From positions 124,001 through 188,000 of the forward strand of contig NW_019029004.1 of assembly GCF_002105155.1 (NCBI RefSeq): a stretch of 64,000 nt of DNA. Direction: 5' to 3'. This DNA comes from Lobosporangium transversale (lineage: Eukaryota). Below are positions 35,263 to 52,333 of this stretch, piece after piece (positions within the stretch are counted from its first letter, which is position 1; every line of letters starts with the position of its first letter). The notes beneath the pieces were generated by a model that worked only from the letters and a program-made list of their open reading frames with translations, did not search any database and had not been told where the DNA came from. Both the position numbers and the translations under genes were made by a program.

Positions 35263-38200
35263 TTAAGGATTCGATGTAATGCTAGTGTTTGTGTTCGTGG
35301 CAGTGTTGGCATTAGCGTTGATGTTGGTGTTCGAATTAGAATCTGGTCCAGAGTTTGATTCCTTCTTGTGCAGAAGTATATACGGTCCTGACAGCGGCTC
35401 TTCAGCTGTTTCCGCAGACATCGCACGGTTTTGTTCCATAGAGGCTTCTCTCACTGACATCAAAGTTGAGGATGAGGTTGCTCCAGAGACCAGTGCTTCT
35501 GAAGATGCGTTATTGCTTACTTCTTGCTGCTGCTGCCTCCAAGAAGGTGGAATTGACGATACTGTAGATGACACAGAAGGCGCTGAGATCACCGGGGTCG
35601 AGTGTTCTTTTTCTTCCTTCATCATGTTATTCTTAATATATGCTGCCGAAAGCCTTAGACTCTTGGACAACGATGCCTTCATCTTGTGCGCGCGGCTACT
35701 AGAATGTTGCAGCACACTAGAACTATAGCCTGATGTATGCGACATTATCGACGATGCTGACGATGAGGTCGGTCCCGCGGTTGATTCAAAGGCATGAAGT
35801 GAAGATGAATTTGCAGAAGCCGAATGTTGAAGCTTGTGGACCCCTGATCCAGAACGTTTATCTGATTCAGAGCCTTTTGCAAAAATTGAAGATCCGCCCC
35901 CACTATCACTCTCACGGCGTTTGATAAAAAGGGACGAGATCTCCTGATGTATACTATTGGATTGATTTCGAGCATGTGCTGCTAAATGGAATCCTGGAGC
36001 AGAAAAAGAGGGATGAGCGGAGGCTGGAGCAGAAATGGAGTTGGCAGAGCTCTGGGTTATGCGAAGACGAGGCGACAAAATGGCTGAGGGTGGCGAATTA
36101 AGTCCTGCTGCTGCCGCTGCCGCTGCCGCTGCCGCGATAGTGCCGGCTTCGTAGTAACCGCTACAGTTACCAGTAATGACAGGTGGCGATCCAGGCAGAG
36201 ACTCCCCGCGCTGTACACTCTTTGCTCGAAGATACTCCATTGCGGACGCACCCCCTTCTCCTCTCATGTTGATGACCTGTCCAAGGCTGCGACGGTTACA
36301 CCTCTGTCGATGGTTTCGTATATCATCTGGGTCGACTTGTGCAGAGTCCCAGCTATTGTCGTTACGTGTGTTACCAAACGTAACAAGATCAGAAGATGCT
36401 CCCTGGACTGTCCTGTCCGTGTCATCATCAATGAGCCGCACTTCGACACTTAAATTGCTAGCAGCACCGTTCTGCAGCATAAATTCGGCCATAGGATATA
36501 CCTCATACTGCTCATCCAAACTCCATGGGATACTATGACGAAGAGCAAGCAACAGTGGTGATACCTGCATGACCATGAATGACGAGCCGGCGAGGTCAGT
36601 ATTGGATGGCGATGGGAGCTCTTGGGGCTGCTCTTGCTGCGGCGGCTGCTCTGACTGGGATTGTTCTGTCTGGGATTGCTCTATCTGGAGTTTCTCTACC
36701 TGGGACTGAAGCTCTGACTGATCTGATGATGAAGCCTGGTCTACGTTGGAGTCGACTACAAGAGCATTTACGACAGGAGCCTCAATAGACTTCGAATGAG
36801 ATGACTTTCCTGAGACTATCGAGAGACCATCCAGATCCGAACGTGCTTGATTTTCTAATACCATCTCTGAACCTGTCGCTTCTTCAGTCAATTCTGTGAC
36901 CACATGATCTGAATCAGACTCAGAGCCTGGTTCATTTTCTGACTCTACTTCTTGTATAGCGTTCAAATCTGCACCCGCTGCATATGCTGCAATAACCTCA
37001 GAAATGTTGTTAGCTTCCACTGCATTGAATAGCGCTTTGGTAGCAAAGATGGCAAGTTCCTCTGCAGTACAGCTATCGTTCGGATTGTCGGTATATCTGT
37101 GTTTGTCAACAAATGCTCGCTCAACATATTTCTTTTGAATGAAAGCAACCTTGTACTCTCTAGTGTCATTCACAAGAGGTCTTCTGAAAACAACTTTGTG
37201 CAAACGTTGGCCTTCTTGGTTCTTTGGTGTAGACTGAATAAGATTAGCCTCCCAAATCTTGTTGGATGCTTCATTTCCAACCGAATGGATGAATTCAAAG
37301 AGATCCCGCGTGTAAGATGTTGTATCCAGAGTAAATGATCGCACCTTAGATATGTGCGTGCCCAGACTCCGATGTATACCAGAGCATTCTATAGAGATAT
37401 GAGAGTAACATATTTTGTTTGTTAAATATCCATTCCACATTTTATCGAGCTCAAAAACGACCATTGTGATCCATTTCAAGTAAAACATACCAATACAGAT
37501 CAAAATGCCCAAGTTAATAGCACACCAATCTGGATTCTTGGCCCCGCACTCTGCACAGAAGTTGTTGGCAGGATGCGCCTCACGCATGATTTTCAATAGT
37601 CGCGTGCCCAAATGATCCGTATCCACTGAGTCTTGGAGGCTCTGGAAATCACCCAATATGTTGGTGACGTTACTAGACTGTCTCTCATGAAGCGTTTGAT
37701 CCATGCTTACACGATTTATGCCATTGTACTTCACCGAGAGCCCATCGCTGCCTGCGCCATTAATACCGTTACTGCCTTTGGAGTCCTTGCCGGAAAGCAA
37801 GTAGTTGTCTAGGCTTGGGCTACTACTATTCCCATTTAAGAGGCTCTGGATTGCATTGGAGATGACGCTCACCCAAGAATTCATGTCTTCTGTACTGGTT
37901 GCTTGGTACACTCTGCGGAACTTTGGAGTGATCACCTCAAAGCAGAAACGCCGATCCTGGTTCCTACACGGGCGGACAGTCGAGAGCTTGAGATTGATAG
38001 GGTCATTGTGCAGCATGGCGGCGCCCTTCTTCCAGTGTGAATATTCATGGAGATGTCCTTCCGATACCACGCACCAATACTTGTGCCAGTTAATACTAGG
38101 CTTCTCTAGAACAACAGAGTTGCTATGCATACTGGGCCGACTTGTCGCAAAGAGGAACCCTTCCTTGCGACTCCCTAATGCAGAGTTGGCTTCGATATCT

Positions 38201-41073
38201 TGCTGCTCTAGGTCGCGAATACCACTGAATCTTGGTGTGCTAGTATTATTCGCCTGCGATGACCCATAGAGACTGGACACATTAGGAGATGATCCAGAGT
38301 TAGATCGGAGATCCGCTGCTCCCGAGCTATCTTGGTGATCATCCAGCGCATCCAAAGTTGTATTGGAAGTATCTGAGAGACCCTCATTCGCTAAATCATG
38401 ACTGGAAGATGCTGCTGCTGCTAAAGTGGATACACCTATTGATGACGCAGAGCCACTCTTTAGAGCCGACAGATTCTGTGAGATAGATGTCAATGCCTCA
38501 CCATGAGACTCAAACAACTCTTTCCTTCGTTCCTGACGCTCTTTCCGAACTTGTGTTGCCCGTTTTTGGGATTCTAAGAGATCAGCAGCAATGCTATCCA
38601 GACCAGGCTTCAAGTCTTCCGCCACTAAAGCCATATCCACCAAGTTTCTGCAGTGCTTCTCGGAGTAGTTAGTCAGGTGATGAAGAAGCTCATCGCTTTT
38701 ACTTCCGCCAACACGCATGTCCAGAAGGAAGCTCCAATATTCAAACCGCTTGATTTCAAAAATCTTTCGTTTCTTTTCATATTTCGCATCTGCCTCGCTC
38801 TTCTTCCTGTTGCTGTCCTGCTTCATACCCATATAGCGTGACAAGAACTGATAGTATTCTTTGCTCTCATCCTCAAAGGACTTTCGATGCATTTCTGCTG
38901 CTTTAATGTCATTAGTATAGAACAGATTCAGAGGGTCGATCAACAAAGTGCGCATTTGGTGTGCAAGTATGTCAGATGTCGCTGCTAGGCTCTGCGACAC
39001 GGGCCGAAGATAGCTGTTAAGAAGTGGCTCTGCTGGCCTGAATCCCTCCATCTCCTTTATAAATGCCTCATCGGCTGCTATCCAAGCTTTCCGAGCATCC
39101 ATGGCAGACTGAGCAGCTTTGATGATTCGCTTTGTTGATGCTTTCATATCACGAATGTGGTTCTCACATTCAACAACTGAGGCTCGAAACAACGGACCAT
39201 CCTCCGTATCAATGGAAAACGACGTCGAATTGAGAGTTGAAGATGAACCGGAATTTGGAGCCGAGCCTTCGTATCCTGACCCTGTGTCAGTGCTCGCATC
39301 TGGGAGACTAAGCGTAGAGTTATGGATGGAAGGTGCAGAATAACCCTTGGAATGGAAGGATGGGAGACGGCTGATGCCTGAATTGAATCTGTCGGCTGCG
39401 GAGGCTTGTCTTCGATGTCGACTGTTCGAAGGGGATGTCTGTGCGCTAGGTCGTCTGTATCCTGTTCGATCCACACCGGCATTTGCCTGTGCATCTGCAA
39501 GCGTAACGGAGAGGTGCAGAAAATTAAGTAAGCATAATAATGTACTTTTGGTTTATGTGAGCCCAACTTTTCGATAAACACTCTCACTTACTGATCACCC
39601 AGAACGCAAACTGCGAAAGAATGTCGACGTCGCCTGTAACGGGATTCCGATATAGGAACTAATACATTCGTTAAATCCAGATCAAGTAGGACAGAGACAA
39701 ATACAAGACCAGTGCATAGATGGAAAGAATAGTTTAGCAAGGAGTATCAATTCATCATCAATGGGCACATCGGCTCATTCTCTTTCAAAGTGACTAATTA
39801 AAGAACAAAAAAAAAAAAAGAACCTACAGCAAAAACAGTTTTGTGGCCATGGACATCATCACCCATATAATCGTTCGAGGCATTTGACTGCCAAGTCCAA
39901 TTGTGACTCTTTTGAGTGCTGCTTTGTTCTCCTACATTATTTTCGGGCATTCCCCGCTGGATACCCACAACAGAAAGAAGACCTTCATTCTTCTACAAAA
40001 TAGAGATTGGGAAATATCCGAGGAGTTAAAGGAGGGAGGCAGCTTCAAGAACATTGTAAAATATTCATCTCTTTGTCATCTACTCTTTTGCTAAATCATG
40101 AACAATTCTTACCTTTTGATCAAATGTCTGGCATAAGTATTGCATCTCCGACTCTGAGTCCGTGGAGGCAAAGTATATGGTGGGTTGCTCGACATGCTCA
40201 GGGACATCTGCAGCGGAAGTGACGCCTATGGTAGAACCAGATTCTGGTGACGTTACTATAGGGTCAGCTGCTGGACTTGACAATCCTTCATTGTTAGATT
40301 GATCGAATGTACTGTGGTCTGCTGTAGTATCCTGTGAAGCAGTTACCGAAGAGCCTTCCTGTTGAGTACCAGCACTCTCCTCGGGATGCTCATTTGCTTG
40401 TGCCACTGGAGGGTCCTTGTGGTTGTCATTAGCCTTGCTAGTTGTCGTGGTGGTGTCATTGTTACTGTTGTTATCAATGGTTGGCTGTGTAGAATTTGAG
40501 ACAGAGTGCAAGAGGGATCCATTTAATTCAAACGATAACCGAAAGCCTTCTCCAGCCAGAACTTTTAGCAGCAATACGTCGTTTGATGCTTCTGTAGATA
40601 TTGTTGTGGATAGTGCTGACGACGGTATTGCACTACTTCCTAGATCCAATGAATCTGTCGATATTGATGGTAATGATGGTGTGGGAGCAACCACTGTATC
40701 TTGAACATATTCAATGCGCTCATGTGCAGAGCGGATTACGAACGTCGAGTTTTTTAAGACAGTGATATTGAATGCTGGAGAGGATGTGGCATTGTGCACT
40801 GCAATACTCGAGATAGCGACTTTATTTCAGGAGCCATGACCAAAGATAAAGACAAAAGAGCGATTAGGAAAGAATGTAGTAAAGGAGAAGAAAGGGAAAC
40901 AAGGAACAGGCGTTAGTTAGTCAATGTAGTCTAGAGAGGAAGGGGTGTAACATGTTGACTCTCCGATAAGTGTGTGGTTTAATTATTATTATTTCGCAGG
41001 ATGTTTATACGTGGAGGAAACACTTGCATTGTTCTGGATCGCGTTGAATGAGGTTTGGGATCGGGACAGTCAT
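35263..41073 (-). CDS. ArfGAP with fungal N-terminal domain, BAR, PH, ArfGAP and ankyrin regions (ACAP/centaurin-beta-like); exons 41073-41028, 40819-40113, 39992-39828, 39658-39592, 39494-37491, 37388-35263
   Basis: EDGPLFRA BAR start, RKEGFLF...RRFCFEVITP PH domain, CAECGAKNPDWCAINLGILICIECSGIHRSLG ArfGAP zinc finger. Four upstream exons splice in frame (..NWTWQ.., ..LSQFAFWV..). Confidence 0.88.
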
Positions 41074-41457
41074 CCTTTTCGGTCTTTGGTGAAAAAGGAT
41101 TAAAACAAAAAAGAGGGAGTGGAAGAGAGAGAAAGGGAAAGACAGAGAAAGAGATGAAGCAAGTAATTAGTGGAACAAGTGTTATCTGTTGAGGTGTGAT
41201 AATGTAAGTGTGAGTGCAAGTGTTTCCAGACTGTTGAATGGGAAGAAGAAGAATGGAGCGTTCAACGGTTAGGTCGCATGAACCATGGACCAGGGTAAGG
41301 AGGAGACGACAGCCTGTTACAGCAAAACTCTCACGGAAATGCAAGCAGACTCTATGTGTGAATGAGTTTATTGATGAAGGAAAGAACACTTTGAGGGCAC
41401 GATGGAGGAAAACAAAATAAAATAAAACAACAATGGAAGATGCAATCAAAGAAAAAG

Positions 41458-41490
<33 letters not shown>

Positions 41491-42009
41491 GCGATGACAA
41501 AGAGTCGATGGACAAAAAAGGAGGGACAAGAAGTGTGAGAAAGACAAAGTTTGAGTTGCATGTATCCACTCCACATGCACATTAGAAATAACTATTTGAG
41601 ATGGACTTCACATTAACTAAGGACTAAAAGCACTTTATTGCAACCATAACAAGTTAAAGACCGCTGTCTCATTTCACTCGTAAATCGCTCTTTCCATTTT
41701 TTTCTTTTTTTCCTTTCTAGCTAAATGACAAGCTTATTAGACAGACAGGTTAGCATAGGATGTGGTGGATCCTGCTGATGACTTGTCCCAAGAATAAAAA
41801 AAAGAAAAGAAAAGAAGTAAATGAGTTATGCAACGAGGAGAGCGTTCAAAAAATAAAAAAGTAAACTTTTTTTTATTTTATTTCGTGAGAGCATACTGCT
41901 TTTTTAAAATGGTTCTCTCACAACATTTGCTCTCCTTTAATTGAGCTTTTATATTTCGAATCGGACAACATGTATTGCTTGTCGACCATTCAACCCATTT
42001 TGCAACACC

Positions 42010-42040
<31 letters not shown>

Positions 42041-43642
42041 TCTGACAAGTAAGAAAGATATAGGAAAGAAGGCATGTTGAAGAGTTCAAATTGGCCCATT
42101 CGGTAGAAAATGTTTGGAATAGAAAGTCCATGCAGGAACAAATCGTCCATTGTTAATGAATGCATGAGCAAGGGCAGCTTTGTCAAGTCTTTCTTTATCT
42201 CTTCAGTGTTCAACATTGTGTGTTTATGCCTATGTCCATCCATATGCTCGATGGTTCTATTGAGGGGAAAAGAGGACCAACAAGGTTGTTCTAAATTTGT
42301 GTGCTGTAAAAGAACTGAGCCCAAAAGGCTAACAAAAAATAAACTTAGCCTAGTCAAGTAAGTAATCAAGCACAGAAAAAAAAAAGATGAAAATTCTCCT
42401 ACTGAACACTACAATAGAACCTATCATATTGCCACAAACTTGAATATAAGCGACTGTGAGTGGATATTGCATTCGAGGGTTTTTACGTGTCCAAAGTTGA
42501 GCGTGATGCAACTTTAGACTGTTTTTGTTGCACGATTACTCCACATCACATTTCCTGGGAGCCAACATGAAAGGGTGCAGACATCCAAAATGTCCCTTCA
42601 AAAAAGGCTCTAGACCATTCTCTTTTCTTTCCAATTCGGATTGTCTCATTGCCTCCAATGTCTCTCTTCTTGTCAGATATAAACTACCACCTGCAGGGTG
42701 AGCAAGGTAACACCATCTCAGTATCCCAGCAAGACTATTAGTAAGTATTTGTAAGTAGGATAGAGCAAATGTAGAGCGCGTCATAAATCTAACCAAAATC
42801 AAGAAACCTGTATTTTTTTTTTCCTTATTCTCCGCTCCAGGGAGCCTGATTTACTTCATTGACTGAAATAAAGGCATCGAAAAACTCGTCTCCCCGTCGC
42901 GAGATCCCATTGTCATTTGTATATTATACATAAATGCGGGTGCCATCTAATTTGTTTCCTTCGTAAATCCTCTGCGAATCCCCTGCAAAACTATCAGCCT
43001 TTAACCATCAAATTGATCCGTTGAAGATCTTTGCCGCAAGAGCTGAGGCTCACTTTTTTTTTTTTTTTTTTTTTTTTTTAAGAACCAAGGATAATAAATG
43101 CATCCAACCATTCAACACATGGCACACATGGCATTAGGTTGGGAGCAAAGCCAAAAATAATGGCAAGACTATCCGATCTCCTAGAACTGTTTTAATATTT
43201 TAAGGTAGCATTCATCTAATATCAAAAACGAATCTGTTCTTTTTTTTATTTACTTGTTTAAATAAATATGAGATCGCTCACGGGGGCCGGCGCGATGAAG
43301 AAAAGATATCTCGATTAGGTACCAAACCTAACCACTTGGACAATACCTATGCCAACCAAAGGCGAGAATGGGTTGTAAAGGCTCATTTGTAGAAGATATT
43401 ATACCATCTTGAGGTTTTCAATTACAGTTGGAACATTTGGTGCCCTTTATTTCTAAGCCAATAAGCAACTGAATAAATTAAGATGGAAATAAAGAAACCC
43501 TATTCAGGTGGCAAAAACGTATTGCTTAGATAAGAGGGAAACAAAAAGGTTTCATTTACACAGACACTTTTTGGCAAGTATCTCCTTCCTCTAAACTTCT
43601 GCTCTTTCACCTTCTATACATTCCAGTAAAAAAAAAAAGTAG

Positions 43643-43648
43643 ACGCGT
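43643..43648. promoter_or_regulatory. Single ACGCGT (MCB-like) element ~60 bp upstream of the Heh1/Src1 ATG
   Basis: Exact MCB hexamer in an AT-rich promoter; single copy, so weak. Confidence 0.25.
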
Positions 43649-43706
43649 AATTAGAACGGAGCCAACTTCCTCCACAAAAAAAAATAAAAGGATAACCGTA
43701 ATAAGC

Positions 43707-46698
43707 ATGGCGTCAACGGAATCAACCCATTATCTCCATCCTGACTTTGATGTCACAAAAATCACAATGAATCAGATCCGAGAGATTTTGTCGGAACATC
43801 ATGTCAAACTGCCAACAGGGATGGTCAAAAAGCAACAGCTTATTGACCTTTTTAACCAGCATATTCGACCTCAAGTCCCCGAAATTAATGAATCCGATAC
43901 CAGTGACAGCGATCGTGAAACCAAGGCAACTAGTAAGGCCACCACTACTTCTGCTACCCCTAAAACAACAAGGGCGCGCCAATCACGCGCCAAAAAGGCG
44001 GCCGACGACGACGCCGACGATGAGGACAATGAAACTCCTCCTTCTATGGCTAGTGCATCTACTCGTAAGAAAAGAATAGCCAGTAAAGCAAAAGTTGATA
44101 ATGATGAGCCAGCACAAGCGGAGGTAAACATGCGTCATATTTGCATAGTGAACTGCTGTTAATAATAAGTCTCCACTATCCCCATTGATAACCTTAATTG
44201 TTCTTTTTTATTAGGTCAAACCCAGATTGAAGCGTAGTACAAGTCGCGCTAGAGCCACAACAGAGAAAAACAATGTGGAATCCAAGATGGAAGAACCCTC
44301 CAGAGGCCGAAATATCCAAAGAACTGTCACACAGAGTGAAGATGAAAGTGAGCCAGTTAGGCTTCAACGACCAAAGGTAATATATCTATCTTATCCCAGC
44401 TTTCTTCTTCTTGGGTTCTTAATATATGGTGCATTCAAGCAACTCCAATTAACCGTCATATTATGTTTTGTAAAAAAAAAAAAAAAAAAAAAAAAAGAGA
44501 GAGGCAAAAAAGAAAAAAGATGAAAATTTTTCATACGAAAACCCGTTTCAAAGCGGAAGCGAGTCAGAGCGTAGACGTTCTCGGCCCAGATCCAGATCCA
44601 GATCCAGTACAAGGAAGGCCAGGGTTGAAAGAGCTGACGCTATGGAGAATGTTTTCAAGGTCCCTGCCCAGCCTCAGTTTTCCAGATTCATGCGTACGCC
44701 TGAGCCAGATAAGAGCGAATCTTCACATTCAAGAACAAAGCCCGCAGCAACATCAGCAACAACAACAACTACTACTACCACAACAACATCAGCAGCAGAA
44801 GATAAAAAAACTGCAAAAGCTCATTCTACGCCCAAGAAGGTGTCGACGGATGGTCTGCCTACACCCAAACATCGCGATATGGCATCAACTTTGGACTTTA
44901 TTGATCAGGATTTTGTAAAGACCCTGCGCCAAAATGTCGGACCTATTTCATTAGTTCTTGCTATTGTACTCCTGGCATATGGTATATGGCTGCGCCAGAA
45001 AAGGATTGAGATTGGATTCTGCACAGAAGCGGAATTGGAACCTACCGTCAGACGTATGTTGTACTTAAAAAAAAGAAAGAAAGAAAGAAAGAGAAAAAAA
45101 GAAAAGATGTATTGTTTAATTGATCAGCTGCTTGACATTAACTTTTTTCCTGCTTGGTCTATTTATAATGACCTATTCTACGTACATCGTTCATTTCCAT
45201 AACCAGCTTGGTACTACCCAACCTGCATTCCATGTCCTGACCGTGCTACTTGCTTGAGATCTGATGAGAAACCAATTTGTCCTCCTGAATATATCCTCAA
45301 GCCTCAGCTTTTGAGTTTCGGCAATCTGTTTCCAATCACCCCTGTGTGTGTTTTGAATAAGGCAAAGGGCTATAGGGCTTTTCAGGTGGCTGATGCAGCA
45401 GAGAAGCTATTGCATCTCCATGCTGGAAATATTGAGTGCAGCCTTTTAAGAGACAAGGCAGCCCCAGACAGTATGGAGTATAAGGCCCGTCGTGGTCTCT
45501 CAGTTGATGAATTACGTTTTCATGTGGAGCAACTAAAGGATGTACGTCTCGTCAATTCTTTATACGAGTATTTTGTATTAGGGAAAAGCCTATCCCACTT
45601 CCAGAACTCGTAGATTCTGTATTCCCTGACATCCAATCATGTGTTTATTTTTTTTTTTTATTCCTGTAGAGCAATGTTTCAGATGAGGAATTCTCTGAAT
45701 ATTGGAATATCGCTGTAAAGGAGCTTCGTCGCCGTTCGAATAAGGTTGTGTTTGAGGAAGGATTGGCAAGGTATTATAGCATCAACTATTTTATGGTTAT
45801 TGTTATTTTAATAGTACATTGTTCTAATTGAGGTGAATATCATTGCCAACAACATTTCATTTGTTTTCATCCTTTTGGTATAATTAGTGAGGAGCGTATC
45901 CGTTCACTGAAGCCACAAAAGTCCTTGGGTTGCCGTTTGCGCCAAGTCCTTGTCAGATGGATTATCAAGTTCAGACTCTTCTTCCTCGGTACCTTTTTTT
46001 TTTTTTTTTTTTTTTATTTTTTTTGTGAAAAGCTTGTTGCAGCAGTATCTTCTTGTTCTAATTTTATTATTATTTTTTTTTTTTGTACAGCCGTGCTCTT
46101 GACTGTTGCGGGTGGTTTTGGAGTTCGTGCGTATATCCTTCGTAGGCGCAAGGAAGTGCGTATTGTGAATGGTCTTGTTCAGAATGTACTCTCAAAACTG
46201 TCGGACCAAGCCCATTACTATTATGTGGATCCTGTTATTTATCCTGAACCTTACTTACCACAGACTCAGTTACGGGATGCACTTTTATCAGATGTTCATT
46301 CTGCATCCAGACGACAAGAGATTTGGTCTCAAGTTCAAGCAGTTGTGGAACGAAACTCAAATGTCAGAACCAGCACACAGGAAGTACGAGGGGAAATGCA
46401 TCGGGTCTGGGAATGGGTTGGGGCATCAGGTATGTTGGGCCAACATGGGGGAGGACCATCAGCTGTAGCAAGTGGTGTTGAAAGAGGTCGTGGTCGCAAT
46501 CAACGTGGTGCTACAGTTCCAGAAGTCGAGATGCAAGAGCCTATTGGTAGAGGTATTCGTGCAAGGGGTGTGCCTAAAGTTCCACCACGTACAGGACCAC
46601 ATGGAAGTTTCTTTGGAATGAGACGTCAAGACTCGGAGTATTTAAATCCTGAGAACTCACTGTATCCCTCACTCTCACAAGACTACCCGAGTGAGTAG
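43707..46698 (+). CDS. HEH1: Inner nuclear membrane HEH/LEM-like + MSC domain protein (Heh1/Src1/Man1), multi-exon
   Basis: YLHPDFDVTKITMNQIREILSEHHV...KKQQLIDLF HEH domain, NFSYENPFQSGS, TM then KRIEIGFC, CIPCPDRATC, and C-terminal LRDALL...VERNSNVR...RVWEWVG. Confidence 0.9.
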
Positions 46699-46919
46699 AA
46701 AGAAATGTATAGAGGAAGATGCTTTAGCTGAGGATAGGAAAAGATATTATAAATATTTCCTTTTTTATTTTTATTTTTACTTTTCGGGTTTCCGGCTAGC
46801 CATCGCAAAATCCATAATAAAGCTGCCAGCATTGAAATGAGCATAATTATTTTAGGTCTTTATCCATATTACTCTGTCAATTGATACGGTTGTTTTTGTA
46901 TTAGTTTTATAAAATTTGA

Positions 46920-48176
46920 TTAATGAAGCTTTGCGGCCTTTTGTTGTGCATGTGGATCCAATGTCAAAGCAGGTGCAAATCCTTTCCAAAAGTAAACCGA
47001 GGGTTGCAAACCCTTGGCGACATAATGTTGAAAAGCAATTAACAAGGTTGAGAAATAAACACCCGAGATTGAAAAGACATGCCACCAAGCATGGAGTTGT
47101 GGGTTCCACTTGAGGACTGACTGAGGGCCCACACCATTGACGAACTCACAAAGGTGTAAATCGATCAACCAGATTGTCACTGCAAAAAAATAAACACCTA
47201 TTGCCCGAGTAATCAGCCAAGAAGAATCGTTTTGTCCACCTCGAATCGAAATGATAGTCTTTTGTTGACGATGAAGGACTGTGACATAGTAAATGATAAT
47301 GAGTTGTAGGATTCCAAACGATCCTTGAAACGTATAGAATTGGATCTTGCCACCAGTAATCGAGACAAAGATTGTTGTCAAAACTAGTTTTTTTTTTTTT
47401 TGTAGGAGTTTACATGTGAGCATTTTTGATTATTTCACAAAGTTGGTGGCAAATTCCTTGAGGGCATCACTCATGTGCAAAAAGAAAACACCACATTTTA
47501 TAAAGAGATATAGGACTTACAAAGCCATGTTGCAAGACTGATTGGAAGCCAGCGTCCCTGAGCTCCATGCTTATTCTCGATACAAATGAACGCTAGAGCT
47601 GTTGCAGCATAGATCATAGGTAACTCATCTAAACAACAAAAACAACAGAAGCAGTAGCAAAAAGAAAACGAAAAAAGAAAATCAGCAATGTTCGATGACC
47701 AAATAAGACGCTATTGCTTCTCTGTTTTTTTTTTTTTTTTACCGAGAAGCTGCATCTTGTGACGAAGGGTTCCATGAAAGAGAGTTGAGCCAATGCCTAC
47801 AACAGTGATAGTCCTGAATGTCACCTTGAATCGTTTCTCTTTAGTCGGGCACAAATAAAGACCTAATTCTCCCAACAAAATAATGAACAAACTGGAAATG
47901 GTGTTCCAAAACCTATAGGGAAGTGAAGAAAGAAAGAAAAAAAAGCTTTTTTATTAGCTTTTTTTTTTGTTTTTTTTTTTTTTTTTTTTTGTTTATTTGC
48001 TTGTTTCTTCTTCACATCTTCAAGGCGAGCAAAAAAAAAAAAAAAAAAAAAAAAAATCATGGGACATACTCTGCAATATAGTAGGAGACTACATAATTAT
48101 TCTCACACCAATCCACAGATGCTGTATTGGGTGACCAGTATCCAACCTGATCAAAAGACGCAGTTGTTGGTGCCAT
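46920..48176 (-). CDS. Alkaline ceramidase (Ypc1/Ydc1/ACER3 family), 4 exons
   Basis: GYWSPNTASVDWCENNYVVSYYIAEFWNTISS, GIGSTLFHGTL, LLDELPMIY and LHAWWHVF, assembled across GT-AG introns. Confidence 0.93.
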
Positions 48177-48595
48177 AGGATTTAAGGATGTTAAAAAAAA
48201 GAAAAGAAAAAAATTATATATACAGAAGGACTTTGGATTTTCTCTTTGAAAATCCTTTATTTTAAAAAAAAATAAAAAAAATAAAAAAAAGGCAAGAAAG
48301 GAAGGTAGAAACAAAGGCGGTGGTGTATGTTGGGTTTGAAAGAAGAGAAGAAGAAAAAAAAGAAAGAAAGAAAGTAATTCGGTTGAGAAAGGGTTTATTT
48401 TGCAAATGTAATCATCGTCAACTTGCATGTGCTCAGACCCAGCTTGACTTTGCTTCATAAACTTTAAATTAATCAGCTCGGCTCCCTTCCTTTCTCATAT
48501 CGCACTCCACAATGGCAAAGCACACCAGGCATCATATGTATCCTCCTTCATATTGTCGCAATCTGGTCTGGTACTACCGCCAAGGAAAGCGAAGG

Positions 48596-48627
<32 letters not shown>

Positions 48628-49112
48628 AATCTTCCTATATATGGGTATATTATTGGTAATACTTGGGGACATTTGAAGAAATACCAAGGAAACACGAGGA
48701 ATGCTATAAACCGTTTAGGGCCAACGAAGGAGCCGAGCGTACTAATTAATCTCTACCAGTCTACCCTTGTGTTCGGTCGCTGACAATTTTTTTTTCCTCC
48801 ACAAAAAGATTTTTTTAGTGCAAGACAATTTATTTTTTTTTTCGGCAGAATTGTCCCTAATCATTATCGCTATCCGCTTGTGGGAAATGAGAGCACATCT
48901 CTTTCAAACATCGATGCCTTTCATATTGTTTAAAAAAAAATACATGCAGACACAAATGCCAATGCCAATGCACTGTTTACAACGAACATTCAACGCGCCA
49001 CAAGATATCAGTATATATTTTTTCTTTTTTTTTTTCCTTTTTTATTATTATTATTATTGCTTCCTTGAAGAGCATCAATAGATATCCTTGAAAAGCCATA
49101 TCAAAGGCCCCT

Positions 49113-52333
<3,221 letters not shown>

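Noticed and set aside
41770..41800. Hammerhead-like CTGATGA followed by a small hairpin
   Set aside because: The required GAAA and stems I/III are absent.
41878..42802. Minus-strand ORFs of 163 and 88 aa as a gene
   Set aside because: Non-ATG starts, one runs through a homopolymer, and no recognisable motifs; at most a decayed fragment.
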